DNA of 63,584 nt, the filler included, from Phoronis australis (Eukaryota; Animalia; Phoronida): NCBI GenBank assembly GCA_002633005.1. It is 8 parts of 8 records of this genome, joined end to end, with 100 filler letters (N's around TTAATTAATTAA, not from the genome) between each part and the next. Parts side by side here need not be neighbours in the genome. Positions count along the whole stretch, not along the records: positions 1 to 11,545 come from NMRA01000222.1; positions 11,646 to 22,456 come from NMRA01000823.1; 6 more parts are not named here. One strand, given 5' to 3'. Both the position numbers and the translations under genes were made by a program. A model generated the notes under the pieces. The model made no database searches and had not been told where the DNA came from. It saw only the letters and a program-made list of their open reading frames with translations. Below, one piece after another: positions 1 to 12,393 of the stretch; position 1 is the first letter of the stretch, and every line of letters starts with the position of its first letter.

Positions 1-336
1 AACAGTACTGCCGACCTTACCATGAATGCTTGTGTTGAATATGCATATCCTCTGTCATGGTAACCTGTCATCGGATTCTGTTGATAAATTGAGGCACATC
101 TTTAAAAGCCAAAAGTATCTGCTTTATTTAATCCATCATGCTCTGTGCGTTTCATACAGCTAGCGAACACTGTGTAACAGTACTGCCGACCTTACCATGA
201 ATGCTTGTGTTGAATATGCATATCCTCTGTCATGGTAACCTGTCATCGGATTCTGTTGATAAATTGAGGCACATCTTTAAAAGCCAAAAGTATCTGCTTT
301 ATTTAATCCATCATGCTCTGTGCGTTTCATACAGCT
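1..336. repeat. Tandem duplication, period 175 bp
   Basis: 1-161 is repeated essentially identically at 176-336. Confidence 0.9.
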
Positions 337-1324
337 TTATCAGAGCAGCTAACATGTTTATTTGCATTGGTGTCCATGACAACCATTTTGGATATTTTAA
401 AATTGTGCTATTCATGTTTGGATATATTAGCCATAAGTCTGCCTTTTGTAGTTGATTTATGCAAATCTAATGCATATAGCTGTACGCAGATGTTATGTTG
501 TAGCTCTATCAATGGAGGGTCACTAGTAGTACTTTGAGCATAATAATTAGCTGCTTCTAAAATTATTTTACCAGCACACCAAAATTATTGATTACTAAGA
601 GAGGTAGGAAGCACAGTTCGTAGTGATTGGGGTTACTCAAGAACTGTGGCGATCCAGAGGTGGGTGGTCAAAAAATTGTGGCGTCCTAGGGAAAGAACAC
701 TGTGCCGGCCGGGGAGGGGTGACAATTGATAGGACAGCTCAACGTATCATGATTCTGGCACACTTCTGATACCCAAAGGCTCTGAGAAATCTAAGTCCAG
801 GTGCCTTAGTCGCTCAGCATGAAGTTCACAACATTGAGAGTAAACAAACTACAGCGAGTTTTTATATTCTTATAGTATCAACGCTCCGTCTTCCATCAAT
901 GTCTGAAAAGAAATACCACCAGTTCAGATTTAGTAAAGCAGTACATGTGAAGTATATCCAGCTGTGACCGTCCAGCTGATGTGCATTATTCATGGGTAAC
1001 AATTGCTGTCGCAAGTTTTATAGTTGGCTCGTTAGTGAGATTCAATGATCGGTTTACCGGATGTTGTTACTTAGTAAGCATGCGTACCCTAACTTCCTAG
1101 TTAAAATTGCCGACTAGCAGCCATTGAAAACCGTATTCGCTTCACTCGATATTAGTGATGTAAGAGTATGAGTACTTAGAACCAAGTTAAAGCCAAGGGA
1201 ATACTACAGGAAACTAGAGTAATCCCGAACTTCGCATGTAACACAAGGCGAAACCTTGCGTTTTGTGTGGTTCTCGCATCTACGCAATGCATGCCAGCAC
1301 CGGGTCTCACATCGTCACCCTTGT

Positions 1325-1817
1325 AAAGGGGGAGTCAACAATTAGTCGGACTTCAAAACTACTTGCCCTAGCGTACCTCAAAACCAGCTGGCTGGAATGA
1401 AAAACCCAATGGCCGGTGTTCTAACTTGGTGGCCGGTACCTCAAAAACAGATGGCCGCACCCAAAAATGGTTGGCCGGACCTATGGGGTTCAGTGGCCGG
1501 TGCTCAAACACATGGCCGTACAAATCGCCGATTTTTAATAAAACAAACAAACGGGTACGAAAAATAAACACTAGATGTCACTTGAATCTTTCGAGACGTT
1601 CAAAGCGATCGAGTCTCGGAGGAAGTCTGTCCGTCGTGTTCGATCATCGGCCAACTGCTTATACACCGGCCATCGTGTTTTGTATCCAAGCAATTAGTTT
1701 TTGGGTGAGGCCATCGCGTTTGATCGCCGGCCATTTGGATTTGCAATCCAGCCCACTGGCTTTGAAGTCCGGGCTAGGGGTTTTGAAGTCTGACCAATTA
1801 TGTTGATTCCACCCTTG
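1325..1817. mobile_element. MITE with ~100-bp imperfect TIRs
   Basis: Left aagggggagtcaacaattagtcggacttcaaaa... matches the reverse complement of right ...ttttgaagtctgaccaattatgttgattccacccttg. Many internal ggccg motifs. No TSD resolved. Confidence 0.7.
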
Positions 1818-2533
1818 TACCTATATGTAAATGTGGCCCTGTGAAATGATGATTATATCAGTGACGACGATTAAACACGAGAGGATCAAAATTTATTGTA
1901 GCGATACTACGTATAGTTTATGTTATCGGTCAGAAATACGGCTGTCAACCTGAACGCCAGTCTACAATTCCGAAATGGTTTGTAGTTTTTAAAACGGAAA
2001 GCTGTAGAATGAGACAGGTGTGTCTAAGGAATGCATAACAGCCATTGGTGAACTCAATGTACAGTTCTTGTGAAAAAATAAGTGTATTTTTACATCGTGC
2101 CGAATCCACCCTCAACGGTTTAAAGAGTTTTTCCCAAATTAATGACGCCCTGAAATAAGCCTGGAGTGACCACGGGGTACAAAGAATGAGATGCAACAGA
2201 CGAACGCTTAAAGACTGGCACTGCTTTTAGCCGCAATGCGAACTATCAAAACGGGGACAGAACGCTTCACCCGGCCAAGCAGATGAAATATTCAATGATA
2301 TGCCTGGAAGAGACTTTGTAAACAGGTCGGAAATTTCCACATTAAAAGTTAAAAAATTATCAACAACAAGGCATTGACTGAAAGAAAAACATCAAAACTG
2401 CTTGAAATTATTTTGTTTGAGATTGCTCGGCCGTTAGGGTGTTCCTAAACACCATTTGGATACTTTCAACATGTTAAGATACTTATAAGGTCGTTTAACA
2501 CTGTTTTACTTGTTAAAGAAATTCCCAATTTCA

Positions 2534-4958
2534 ATTATTGGGGACAAATAAAACAACAAGAACAATATATATTTTAAGTCGTATTGGGAATTTCAGGGTC
2601 ACAGCTCTACAAACGAGTATTTCACAGAAGGAACCATATGGGTTCCTTAATTACAAGAGATAACACACACATTTCCGATACCCAAAGTGTAACTGAGCAT
2701 CGGACACTAAGTGGCACAGATTAGCATAGTACCAAATGGATACATGATACCAAATGGGTATTAGCCGATTGCTTACCAACTGGGTCGAGCAAAACGGCAA
2801 ATTCAATAACAAGTACCAAGTGGGTACAAACTGCCAAATGGGCAAATTTCAACATGCACGTGAAGAAGAGGTTGAACAGAACAGGCGCGAGCACACACCC
2901 CTGCTTCACCCCATTTAAGATGTCAAAGGTGGCTGAAGTATCGCCGCTTGCGAGGACCTGACCTGTCATGCCATCATGGAAGAGTCGCACCATCTTAACA
3001 AACTTTCGGGGGCAGCCACATCGACTCAGGACTGTCCACAGTGCCTCTCGGTTGACAGTGTCGAAGGCCTTAGTCAGGTCTATGAAGACTGAGTAGAGGG
3101 CCATGTTCTGTTAAATGCACTTCTCTTGAAACTGCCTCAGAGCGAAGATCATGTCCACCGTACTGCGTCCTGGCCGGAAGCCACACTGCGATTCCGGTAG
3201 ATTATGCTCTGAGACGGTGACAAGTCTGTTCAGAATGATGCGAGCGAAGATCTTGCCGGCAATAGAGAGCAATGACATGCCCCTGTAGTTTCCACAGTCC
3301 GCTTTGCTTCCCTTGTTTTTATACAGAGCAACGATCAATGCGTCGCGGCAGTCGTCTGGCATGACCTCTTCCTCCCAGATGCTGTTCAGGATGTCGTGAA
3401 AGGCTGATATGGTGACTGGACCTGCTGCCTTATAGATCTCAGCAGGGATGCCATCCTTTCCTGAGGCTCTGTCACTATTCATCTGGGATATGGCTTTCTC
3501 AATCTCCTCTATGGACGGTGGTAAGTCCAGTTCTTCAAGCATGGGTTGCTGCGGGATCTGTTCTAGAGCAGAAGGGTCAACTGTGGATGGCCTGTTTAGC
3601 AGAGTGCTGAAGTGTTCAGCCCAGCGGTCTCTTAGTCCTTCCTGGTCTTTAATGAGGCTCAATCCGTCAGAAGACAACAAAGGAGAGCATCCTGTTCTAG
3701 AAGGGCCATACACTGATTTTAGGGCGCTGAAGAACTTCTTAGAGTTGTGGGAGTCAGCATGCTGTTGAACTTCTTCAGCCTTTTTCTGCCACCACTGATC
3801 TTGCATTTCCCTCAGTTCCAGCTGCGCTTTGCTCTGCAAGTGTCTTTGAGACGGACGATGGATCATTCTGCCACTCTACACAGGCTTTTTTCTTTGCATC
3901 AAGGGTTGTAGAAATGGCTTCATAGTTTTCGTCAAACCAATCTTGGTGCACACGGGGATTCGGTCCCAGTACCGTTTCTGCAGTTTCTGTCACTGCCTCC
4001 TTGAACTGGGCCCATTTCTCAGTGCTGGTTCCAACAAATGGTGTGTTGCCTGATAGCGTGTCGTCCAGGGAATCCTGAAACCGATGAAGGTGTAGAGGAT
4101 GCTTTAACCTGGCTGTGTTGAACGATGCCCTGATGATTTTCTGCCTGTTGCGCTGCGGGGGAACGATGTGCACGTTGAAAAGAGATCGCACTAGCCTGTG
4201 ATCTGTCCAACATTCAGCGCCCCTCATTACCCGGGTAATCTTGACATCCTGCATATCCCGCTGGCGAACGATGACAAAGTCAATCATGTGCCAATGTTTG
4301 GACCTGGGATGCATCCAGGTGGTCTTGTACTTGGCTGCTAGTCTGAATATAGTGTTGGTGATACACAGGTTGTGCTCAGCGCATTTACTTAGTAGGAGCA
4401 GGCCGTTGCTGTTGAGTTTACCTACTCCGTGCCGTCCCAATACACCTTCCCAATTACTGCTGTCATTTCCGACTCGGGCGTTGAAGTCTCCGAGGATTAC
4501 AAGCTTGTCGTTCGGGGGAGTTGTCCTGATGATCTGGTCAAGGTCTTCGTAGAAGCGTTCCTTGACTTCTTCGGGACTAGTGAGCGTTGGGGCGTAGGCG
4601 CTGATGATGGTGATGTGGCGAGATTACCCACTTGGTACTTTATATGAAATTTGCCCATTTGGCAGTTTGTATCCACTTGGTACTTGTTATTGAATTTGCA
4701 GTTTTCCTCTACCCAGTTGGTAGGCAATCGGCCAATACCCAGTTGGTATTATGTACCCATTTGGTACTATATTAACCTGTGCCACTTAGTGTCCGATACT
4801 CAGTTACACTTTGGGTATCGGAAATGTGTGTGTTATCTCTTGTAATTAAGGAACCCATCTGGTTCCTTCTGTGAAATATTTGTAGAGCTGTGTCCCTGAA
4901 ATTCCCAGTACAACTTAAAATATATATTATTCTTGTTGTTTTATTTGTCCCCAATAAT
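2534..4958. mobile_element. Foldback-like element: ~315-bp inverted repeats (2534-2851, 4645-4958) enclosing an RTE fragment
   Basis: The arms are reverse complements along their whole length. Inner halves carry repeated accaa(a/g/c)tgg motifs, and each arm has an aaggaacc..ggttcctt hairpin. Confidence 0.85.
2852..4624 (-). pseudogene. RTE-clade LINE ORF fragment (APE endonuclease C-half plus RT N-half), truncated at both ends
   Basis: SAYAPT, GDFNARVG, TWMHPRSKHWHMIDFV, GKDGIPAEIYK, QCGFRPGRSTVDMIF, FIDLTKAFDTVNR, GVKQGCVLAP. Frameshift near 3843 and stop at 3111-3113. Confidence 0.95.
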
Positions 4959-5220
4959 GAGATTTATGGCACTCTGACATAAGTCCTCTTATTTGGGCAA
5001 ATATCATTAGACAGCCCTTCATGCTTCATATCCAACTCCTAGTTAGTTCCTACCAAATCCGAGGGTAGCGCTGTTTGTAGAGGTATAAAATTGTCTAATT
5101 AGGAAAACTTACGAGTAAATGTACTGTTGCTTGAGGCTGGGCCAACAGGTAGCTGGAGAGGAAGAACAATGGTATTTGCCCAAATGATGGGATTTATGTC
5201 AGAGTGCCATGATTCTCATT
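4956..5220. mobile_element. MITE (~265 bp) abutting the right foldback arm
   Basis: aatgagatttatggcactctgacataagtcc pairs with gggatttatgtcagagtgccatgattctcatt. A second inner pair is ttgggcaaatatcatt / aatggtatttgcccaa. Confidence 0.8.
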
Positions 5221-6590
5221 AAAATTATCAACAATTTGGACAAGCGAATGATGCATCAGTGTGCTCAGTAGTGCAAAAACACTCATCGATTCCACCAGGA
5301 ACGTCGTTTAGCGACAGTGTATTTGCCTCTAACATCCCACTCGGATGTCGGGTATTACGTGACTTTTCGCATAGGGGCGGAGCTTACGATAGGTCAATTG
5401 TGACCTGCTTTCGTCGAATCATGTAACGAGCCTCTCTCAGCCACTTGCTGACGGGCATTTGCTTAATTTGCCGAAGGGTGGCGTTAGGATGCTTGCCAGT
5501 TTTATCAGGGGTCGCTTGCTCAGTTACAGGCTCGGGTAACTTCGCAATATACTGCAGCACGACGAAGTGATTGTAGCAATCCAACTAATTCTTAAGCATG
5601 GTTACTATTTGACTGGCTTGACCCATACTGTAGTATCACTCAAAACAGCACGCCATTGTAGGCGAGGGCCTTCTCCCGTGGGAAGACAAAAAGTGCTACA
5701 GTGTGACTGAAAGTCGTGTTGTCGCATTCACCACAAACACTGAGCCTGTCTGTGGCGAGCATGTCTTACAGTAACGCAAAAATGTGTTCACCCGATGGAA
5801 AAACAGTGCGTGCATATCGTTGTGCATCTCGCTGGCACGTCTGTCAAACAGGACAGCCGATAACAAGCCAGAAGCATCTTCCAGAATTTCAATATGGTTT
5901 ACATTGTCGGCCGGATGAAACATCTTATTCATGAAAAGTGTATTGAGTTAACATTTTAAACACGAGGAGTTATGTACTTAATTTGAACGGTCTCAGATGA
6001 GTGACAATTGACGAGAAATAGAAAGTCGGATTTCCTTTCATAAAAGCAACGAGTAAACTGACAAATAATAAAAATTGTTCAATACCAGAAGAAATTACAT
6101 GGTAAGAAATCGATTTTGTGACACATAATTTTCCTACAGCTCATTATACTTGACTTTCTCATGTAGCGAAACTTTGATCCTCCTCTTCCGATCTTTCAGT
6201 CCATGAACAGACAGAATTCAGCGGCAGCTGAAAACCGTCACCGAACAATAAAATGACCAAAAACCAGACGCCCAGGCCACCTTGGTCGTTGTATAGGCCT
6301 AACAATGAGAAAGGCTGCTATTAGTATTGAGCAACTGCATAACTGGATGTTTTTCAAATCTAGAGGCTCTTAGTTCACAATACAACGCCTTGGCACACGC
6401 TAAAATCGTGTTGTCATGTAGTTAAAATGTAAATCGCGTAAAATGGAAATGATTCAGAACATGTATTTTAAGATATGGCAGTTGTGCTAAGAACAAGAAT
6501 AACGTCATCCTATACGCCTAGAAGCCCTAGAAATACAACATCGAAAGGCTGCCGACAACAATACCTGTAGGCACGAACAGGAGCGCATAC

Positions 6591-7090
6591 TTTAAAAATA
6601 GCGCATATGTAAACAGCGACATACTGATCGACGTTTCGGTTTGTTCTCTATAAGCCATTCTCAAGACAAAATGTCACATCATTTTATCAGGTGACACAGT
6701 TGGAGAACAGACTGTACACAGGTACATGTCAAAATACATCAAGACTGTAAAGACGCACAGTGCTGTTCTTAACCATTTATTGACAACTGGTCTCACTATT
6801 GATTAAGCTGGTGTTCAGATCTTGGACAAGGATAATGCCATCTTCAGGCTCCTCATAAAGAAGGCTGGGCATAAACATGTACGGTTGAATAATGCTGAGC
6901 GATGAGCTCCAATTTTTTTGATTTCTGGTCTCTCCCCTCACTGTGCATTTTGACATGTACCTGTACAGTCTGTTCTCTACCTGTGGCGCCTGAATGAGTA
7001 ATGTGAACTTTTGTCTTGAGTATGGTTTATAAAGAATAAACCGAAACCTCAATCAATATGCTGTTGTTTACACATGAGCTAATTTTACAG
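6591..7090. mobile_element. ~150-bp inverted-repeat element with hammerhead-like cores (possibly Penelope-derived)
   Basis: 6591-6740 is the diverged reverse complement of ~6945-7090. Each arm carries cttgag(t/a)atgg..stem..ccgaaac. A 13-bp direct repeat cgaacaggagcgc lies at 6574-6586 and 7126-7138. Confidence 0.65.
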
Positions 7091-9270
7091 TTCGTACTCA
7101 TATTTTGGCTAAAAACAAATGAGATCGAACAGGAGCGCGCTTAGGTAAAGTCCGTTTCTCGAGAGACATGTGGCAACTGTTAAATAACCTCCGAATTCGA
7201 CTCGTACTCCCAATTTTTTGGACATTTCCTCTCCTACTTTAGTGCAATTACTCAAGAAAAGTGCCAATGGTTGTCTTCATCGGTGTTCGCGTTTTATGGC
7301 TTAATTCACATCAGACACTAGTAAAGAAAAATATTTAAGACACGTTTACAAGCTGATTTTCTCAATTTGGGCTCGTTTACTCTCACGTGTATTTCTCACC
7401 GGTAGAGATTCAGCAACTCGTTTCGTTTGCCTCAAAAACAAAACAAAAAACATGCAGCTGTAAGCAGTTACATCGCCTGTGGACGCCACAAGCAGCTTGC
7501 CAAGCTGACTTATTGTTCTCCAGACAATCAGTACTACCATGAAACACACTTGTGGCGACAATAGAATTTTTTAATCTTCGTTTTAAAGGTTTTTAAATAC
7601 CACAGCAGAATAGGGCACGAAAAGTACATTGCTAGATTTTTGATAATCGGACAAGAAATGTGACAAAAGCTTTTGAACAATGTTGCCAGTATTCTGCTTC
7701 GCTGTAATTCTATTGGGTGTGCAACGTAACTGAGTCAGTTACCAAACCAGCAGGCAGCAGTTGAATTTTGAGGTAAGCCAGGCGTCAATGTACAATTCTT
7801 GGCATGTTCATATCCCGCAAGCACGCGTCCTTGTTCAATCTCCTTTAGCCGTCGATCTGCACTGCTTGTGTGTCAAACTTATCAAAAACATTCCCTTCTC
7901 GTTGGAAACTTACGTCTGTAGCCATGATGGAGAACGATCATCGTAGCGTCTTTACAGAAAAAAAATCCCCACAACTTGATTGACATTTTGGAACTATTCG
8001 TTGAGTAAACTAACACTAACAATGACAAAATTTCATTTAGGGAACACTATTACTAAGAGCTACAACAACGCTATCAGAATGACATTATTCTGAGCTTCAG
8101 TCCTCGGACACCATTGTTCCTTGGAAGAGAGAAGAGTCTCATGGTTGAGAACACTCAACCATACACGTATGTCAACAAATTTAACTGATATGACCAGACC
8201 TCTGCAAGCCCTGTGATGCATCATACAATTACAACATCTACATGCTCAAATAAGTTTTCGAGTGTCTTAAAGTTTACATTTCACCAACAGACTAAATGCA
8301 CCAGTTGCAATGTTCTAGCAGACCCGTATAATTCGCAATATCGTATGCAAATGAACCTCTCTGTTGAAGAACAATGACCATTAAACCCCCCCNCCCCCCC
8401 CCCGGCTTAAAACACTGGGTACTAACCATAGAGTACCAAGCAAAATGCCTGCTCTCAGATCATCCAAAGATTTGCAACATCAAGATGAGTGCAGATTCCC
8501 GTGAAAGAAATTAAGTTATTTACGCGAAATGGTTGAAGTGTTCAGATTCATGATCGGCTTTCTGAGGAACAAGGATGTCCATGGTTTGAAGCTCCGAGTA
8601 TTGTTGCATGACAATCCACCATGTCGCTATAAATTTATATGTATATACTGCAACACGAATAAAATACCTGAGAAATATAATTTATATAACTATCACTGCC
8701 CACGCAGTAAACCCAGTTTGTGCAATGTGAAACATTGAAACTTGATTTCACCACAACCATCGCGAAAGCTTCCGTGACTGAAGTAACGCTTGAACCCACA
8801 AGAAGCTCGCGTAGAGTTCAGTAAGGCTAGGAACTCGCTAAAAGGGAAGACTTCGCGATATTACGCGAGACATTGCCGTGTATTTCAAATGAGAACACGT
8901 GATATTGACTAGATTTTAGAGAGATCCAAGCGTTACTGAACTCTACCCCTTGTTCCGTCCAAGAAACTGACATTCAATCTCGACCACTTATCCCCACTAA
9001 GGTTTCTCATCTTCGTTATTCAGATGAACATTGCTATTTGGTTTTACAAAGAGATTACAATTCTTCTTTGCTCGATATCACGCTGGGCGAAAAAACTGAA
9101 TGGCCAAGGCAAGTCAACCTGTAGAGCCTGGTTTCAAACAACAACGTACTGTGAGTTCTATCCAATTCCAGAAATCACACCATTATAACAAAGGAATAAC
9201 TTGAGACCAATTTCACAAGCTATTAATATGGTCATAATCATAACTTTTGTGATGGAAAGTGGGTTTATAA

Positions 9271-10145
9271 CTAATAATGCATCTCCATAAACGTCTTGAT
9301 AGACTGTGCGAGGGCGCGCGTGTAGGTACTTCTCTCCTGTCCGGTCAGTAGGCAAACAGGAGTCTCGATTTGTATGGCGTCAACCAGACCTCCATACAGT
9401 GAACCGTGCGTTCGTGTGGTGTAGCCCCCACGGAAGTATTTGCCGCTCCCCGGCTCAGGGAAGCTTGGCGAGGGAACTGTGCGGTAGCCCTCACGTTGCA
9501 GTAGTGCTCCCAGGCTGGCCTCGCCCGATATCAGGTCTTTGAACGTCAGCTGAGAAGCAGGGCATAATTTACGTCCAGCTAATGCCACAACAGACGATTC
9601 GTTAACGTTCAACTTGCCACTGTTTAAAACAGGCTTAGGTATGAGGTAACCTAGCTCAATCCAACCTTCTAAATGTTTGTGGCCATGTATGTCGATGCAT
9701 AGACCCGGTCCGCTGATGTGTCTCTTTGCCATAGAGATGAAGCTATGAAAGTCATTATATGCCTGCACGGCGTCTGGCACGCCGAACGTGGCCTCGTTTA
9801 CCGAACGGTTGGTGTCCAGTTTGTTTCTGTGCAGATGACAGATAACTACATGCGGACGCTTGCCCATGAGACTCTCTAGTTCGCAAGCTAGGTCCACGGT
9901 CAGGACACGAGTGAACATCTCTTTACACCATCTGACCGAAGAATTAAACGAATCCAAGACAGAGATGCCGTGCTTGTACTTGTGATGAGAGAAGTGGCCC
10001 TCCTCTTCGACAACATAGCCGTCCACTCGGTCCGGTATGTGATCGGGTTCGAGGTCGCCGTCGTGAGGGCATGACAGAATCAGGTTGGAGTTACCTCTCT
10101 GATACTCTACGTAATGCTTGAAGCCGAACAGCACCGTTGGAAGAC
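9271..10145 (-). CDS. N-formylglutamate amidohydrolase (FGase)-like protein, long terminal coding exon
   Basis: Intact ~290-codon frame with family motifs YVEYQRGNSNLILSCPHDG, HLHRNKLDTNR, IDIHGHKH..WIELGY, YFRGGYTTRTHGS, DAIQIETP. Likely acceptor ttgttgcag ending at 10146. ATG at 10167 is an alternative start. Confidence 0.8.
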
Positions 10146-11545
10146 CTGCAACAATCAAGCAGGCCATTAACCTTCATTAATGTTTCAAAATTCAACGAAT
10201 GCACAGACACACAGGTACATTGCCAACAAGAGGAGCCTAACAGGAAGCCTGTTTCAAGGCAAATACCAGACGAAGCGTACATGTACCGCCGGTACAGTGG
10301 AGTGTGTGAGATCGCTTGCTCGCTACTACTAATTTCTGAAAAATTACAAGTCACACCGCGTATGTCCCTTCAAAATGGGCATTTCGCCGCAGTTTCGCAG
10401 TCATTGTTAAGCAGTTAAGCGATCTGCTTGGGGGTCTAAAAACAACACTAAGCTCATCCAGAATTGACGCCGAATGAGCCGGCAACTCAATTCTAAGGCA
10501 ATACGTACATGCGCCATTTTTAAATCGCCGATGGTTGTGATGTTCTTATAGGTAAGGAAATACAATCTGCTGCACTAGCGTTATCAGGATAACGCAGTGC
10601 ATTGTTATGCTGCGTTTCTCCGCCATCTCTATGACTGTTGTGTGTCTCAACACCGATGGCAGCCTTAAAATAAGGATGGTATCCATTGTTTATTTTTATG
10701 CTTTTCCACCAAAATGACTCCGCCTTCCATCATGTTAGATTAGCTTTTTCTTAGATTCATTTATGTACTGTCATTGTCTGCTAGTTTCGTTTTATATTCA
10801 AGCGTTTCGCACGGGTTACAGCTAGTGTATACGAAACAGCTTCCGCAGTGTTTATACTAGACACGGGAAGTTGCCCTGGTGATAATGCTTGAGTAAGGCA
10901 ACGAAAATATCACATAAAAGCTGTCCTGTTATCAGTGCTTATTATTTATCATTTGGTATTGTCATCATCAAATTTTTGTTCTTAAATATCGCATTTCATT
11001 TTTAGTTGAACCTCCATTTTTATGGCTATTTCGCCGTACGCATATGTGACGTTAAAGTGGCTTGGACCGTGAAAAATAGTATAAAATAAGAAAGTAAATG
11101 TTACTCATCTTGCATGAAACCTGTATCATATCGTGGCGTACAAGTTTTTTTGAAGGTTTCGTAAATATAGTGAGATTTAAATGAGTTTGGAGTATTTTTC
11201 TTTACGTTTGAAAGTTGACCAAAAGACACGCCTTCGTGCTCGTCAAGTCCGACATTACAGTCCCAAAATGCATTGCGGTGCCTTATTTGGAAATGGCCTG
11301 ATGACCTCAGAGAGGTGAAAGGTCGCCGAAAGCAAAACAGTGATGGCTGGTTTCGAAAGCACATCGACACCTCGATTGACTCAAAGAAGTCCCATTTCTG
11401 AAGTAAGTTATCGATTTATTTGGTTTCTATGCTCTCCCAAGTATGATCTAATATACTTTTTGCCCAGGATTTCATTTATGTGCATTTCAAACGGAAAACG
11501 TTCTATTCATGTCTTATCGTTTAATGAATGAAAATAGTCTGGCTC

Positions 11546-11644
11546 NNNNNNNNNNNNNNNNNNNNNNNNNNNNNNNNNNNNNNNNNNNNTTAATTAATTA
11601 ANNNNNNNNNNNNNNNNNNNNNNNNNNNNNNNNNNNNNNNNNNN
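11546..11644. other. Artificial ~100-bp gap pad N-TTAATTAATTAA-N (also 22457-22556, 37333-37432, 41230-41329, 48723-48822, 57454-57553, 61342-61441)
   Basis: The same 12-mer, which has stop codons in all six frames, is centred in seven equal-sized N runs. Confidence 0.95.
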
Positions 11645-12179
11645 NGCTGGCAAAATAAGATACCATCAAGATTTTAGTCTAGATGTTTCCTAACTCGGTT
11701 TTTGGCCATAACACTAGTTATGGAATCTGATTATGAGCGCGCAAGAGAAGACGGAACGTATTTGCGACGTTTCGTTTACTCAAAGTTAATGAGCCTAAAC
11801 GTCAGAAAATATTTGTTTTCTCTTTCTCGCTTATAATGATTTTCAAGGGTTTCCGTTATTCAATTTCGGCAAGGTCATCGTTTTCTCGCAAAACTATCGA
11901 TTGGATGATCAATTACGCACTTAATTGCTCTCCGTTTTAACGTTGATCATCGTCAATACACCTCCAAAAATTGCACATCGTCTTTGCGCAAACTACATTG
12001 AGATTTAAGTCTCCCGAAAAAAGTTGACGATTGGATAGTGATTAAAAGTGTAATTCTAAATTTCTCCAGTTAGTGCTCAAATGAAGTAAAAGAAAGTAGT
12101 TCTGCTTGTCGCGTCAGCTGTTGGTATCGTTATCTCGATTTATGACCCACAACGCGTGACTGGACAAAGCCTTTTCAAA

Positions 12180-12393
12180 TTAGCCGGTGGAGCGTGAGAC
12201 CCCTGAGGTCCCAATCGAGTCCTCACGACAACTTCGCGTTATGATGTGTTGTTGAAGTGAGCTGTGTTGGAGTGTATAAAGAAAGAGGTGTTCGTATAAC
12301 TTATCTAACGCATGCGTGAACTTTTCAATTTAGCCGGTGGAGCGTGAGACCCCTGAGGTCCCAATCGAGTCCTCACGACAACTTCGCGTTATG
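12180..12393. repeat. 64-bp direct repeat, ~150-bp spacing
   Basis: ttagccggtggagcgtgagacccctgagg...cttcgcgttatg at 12180-12243 and 12330-12393. Confidence 0.85.

Noticed and set aside
2353-5234. 14-bp direct repeat aaaattatcaacaa as TSD of the foldback composite
   Set aside because: It is AT-rich and the left copy is ~170 bp from the arm. Chance cannot be excluded.
5290-5932. Coding-like minus-strand ORF pieces
   Set aside because: Stops in all frames and no recognisable motif.
11100-11125. ATG A|gtaaca as first exon of the FGase-like gene
   Set aside because: The phase fits, but the donor is weak and lies in transposon-terminus-like sequence.
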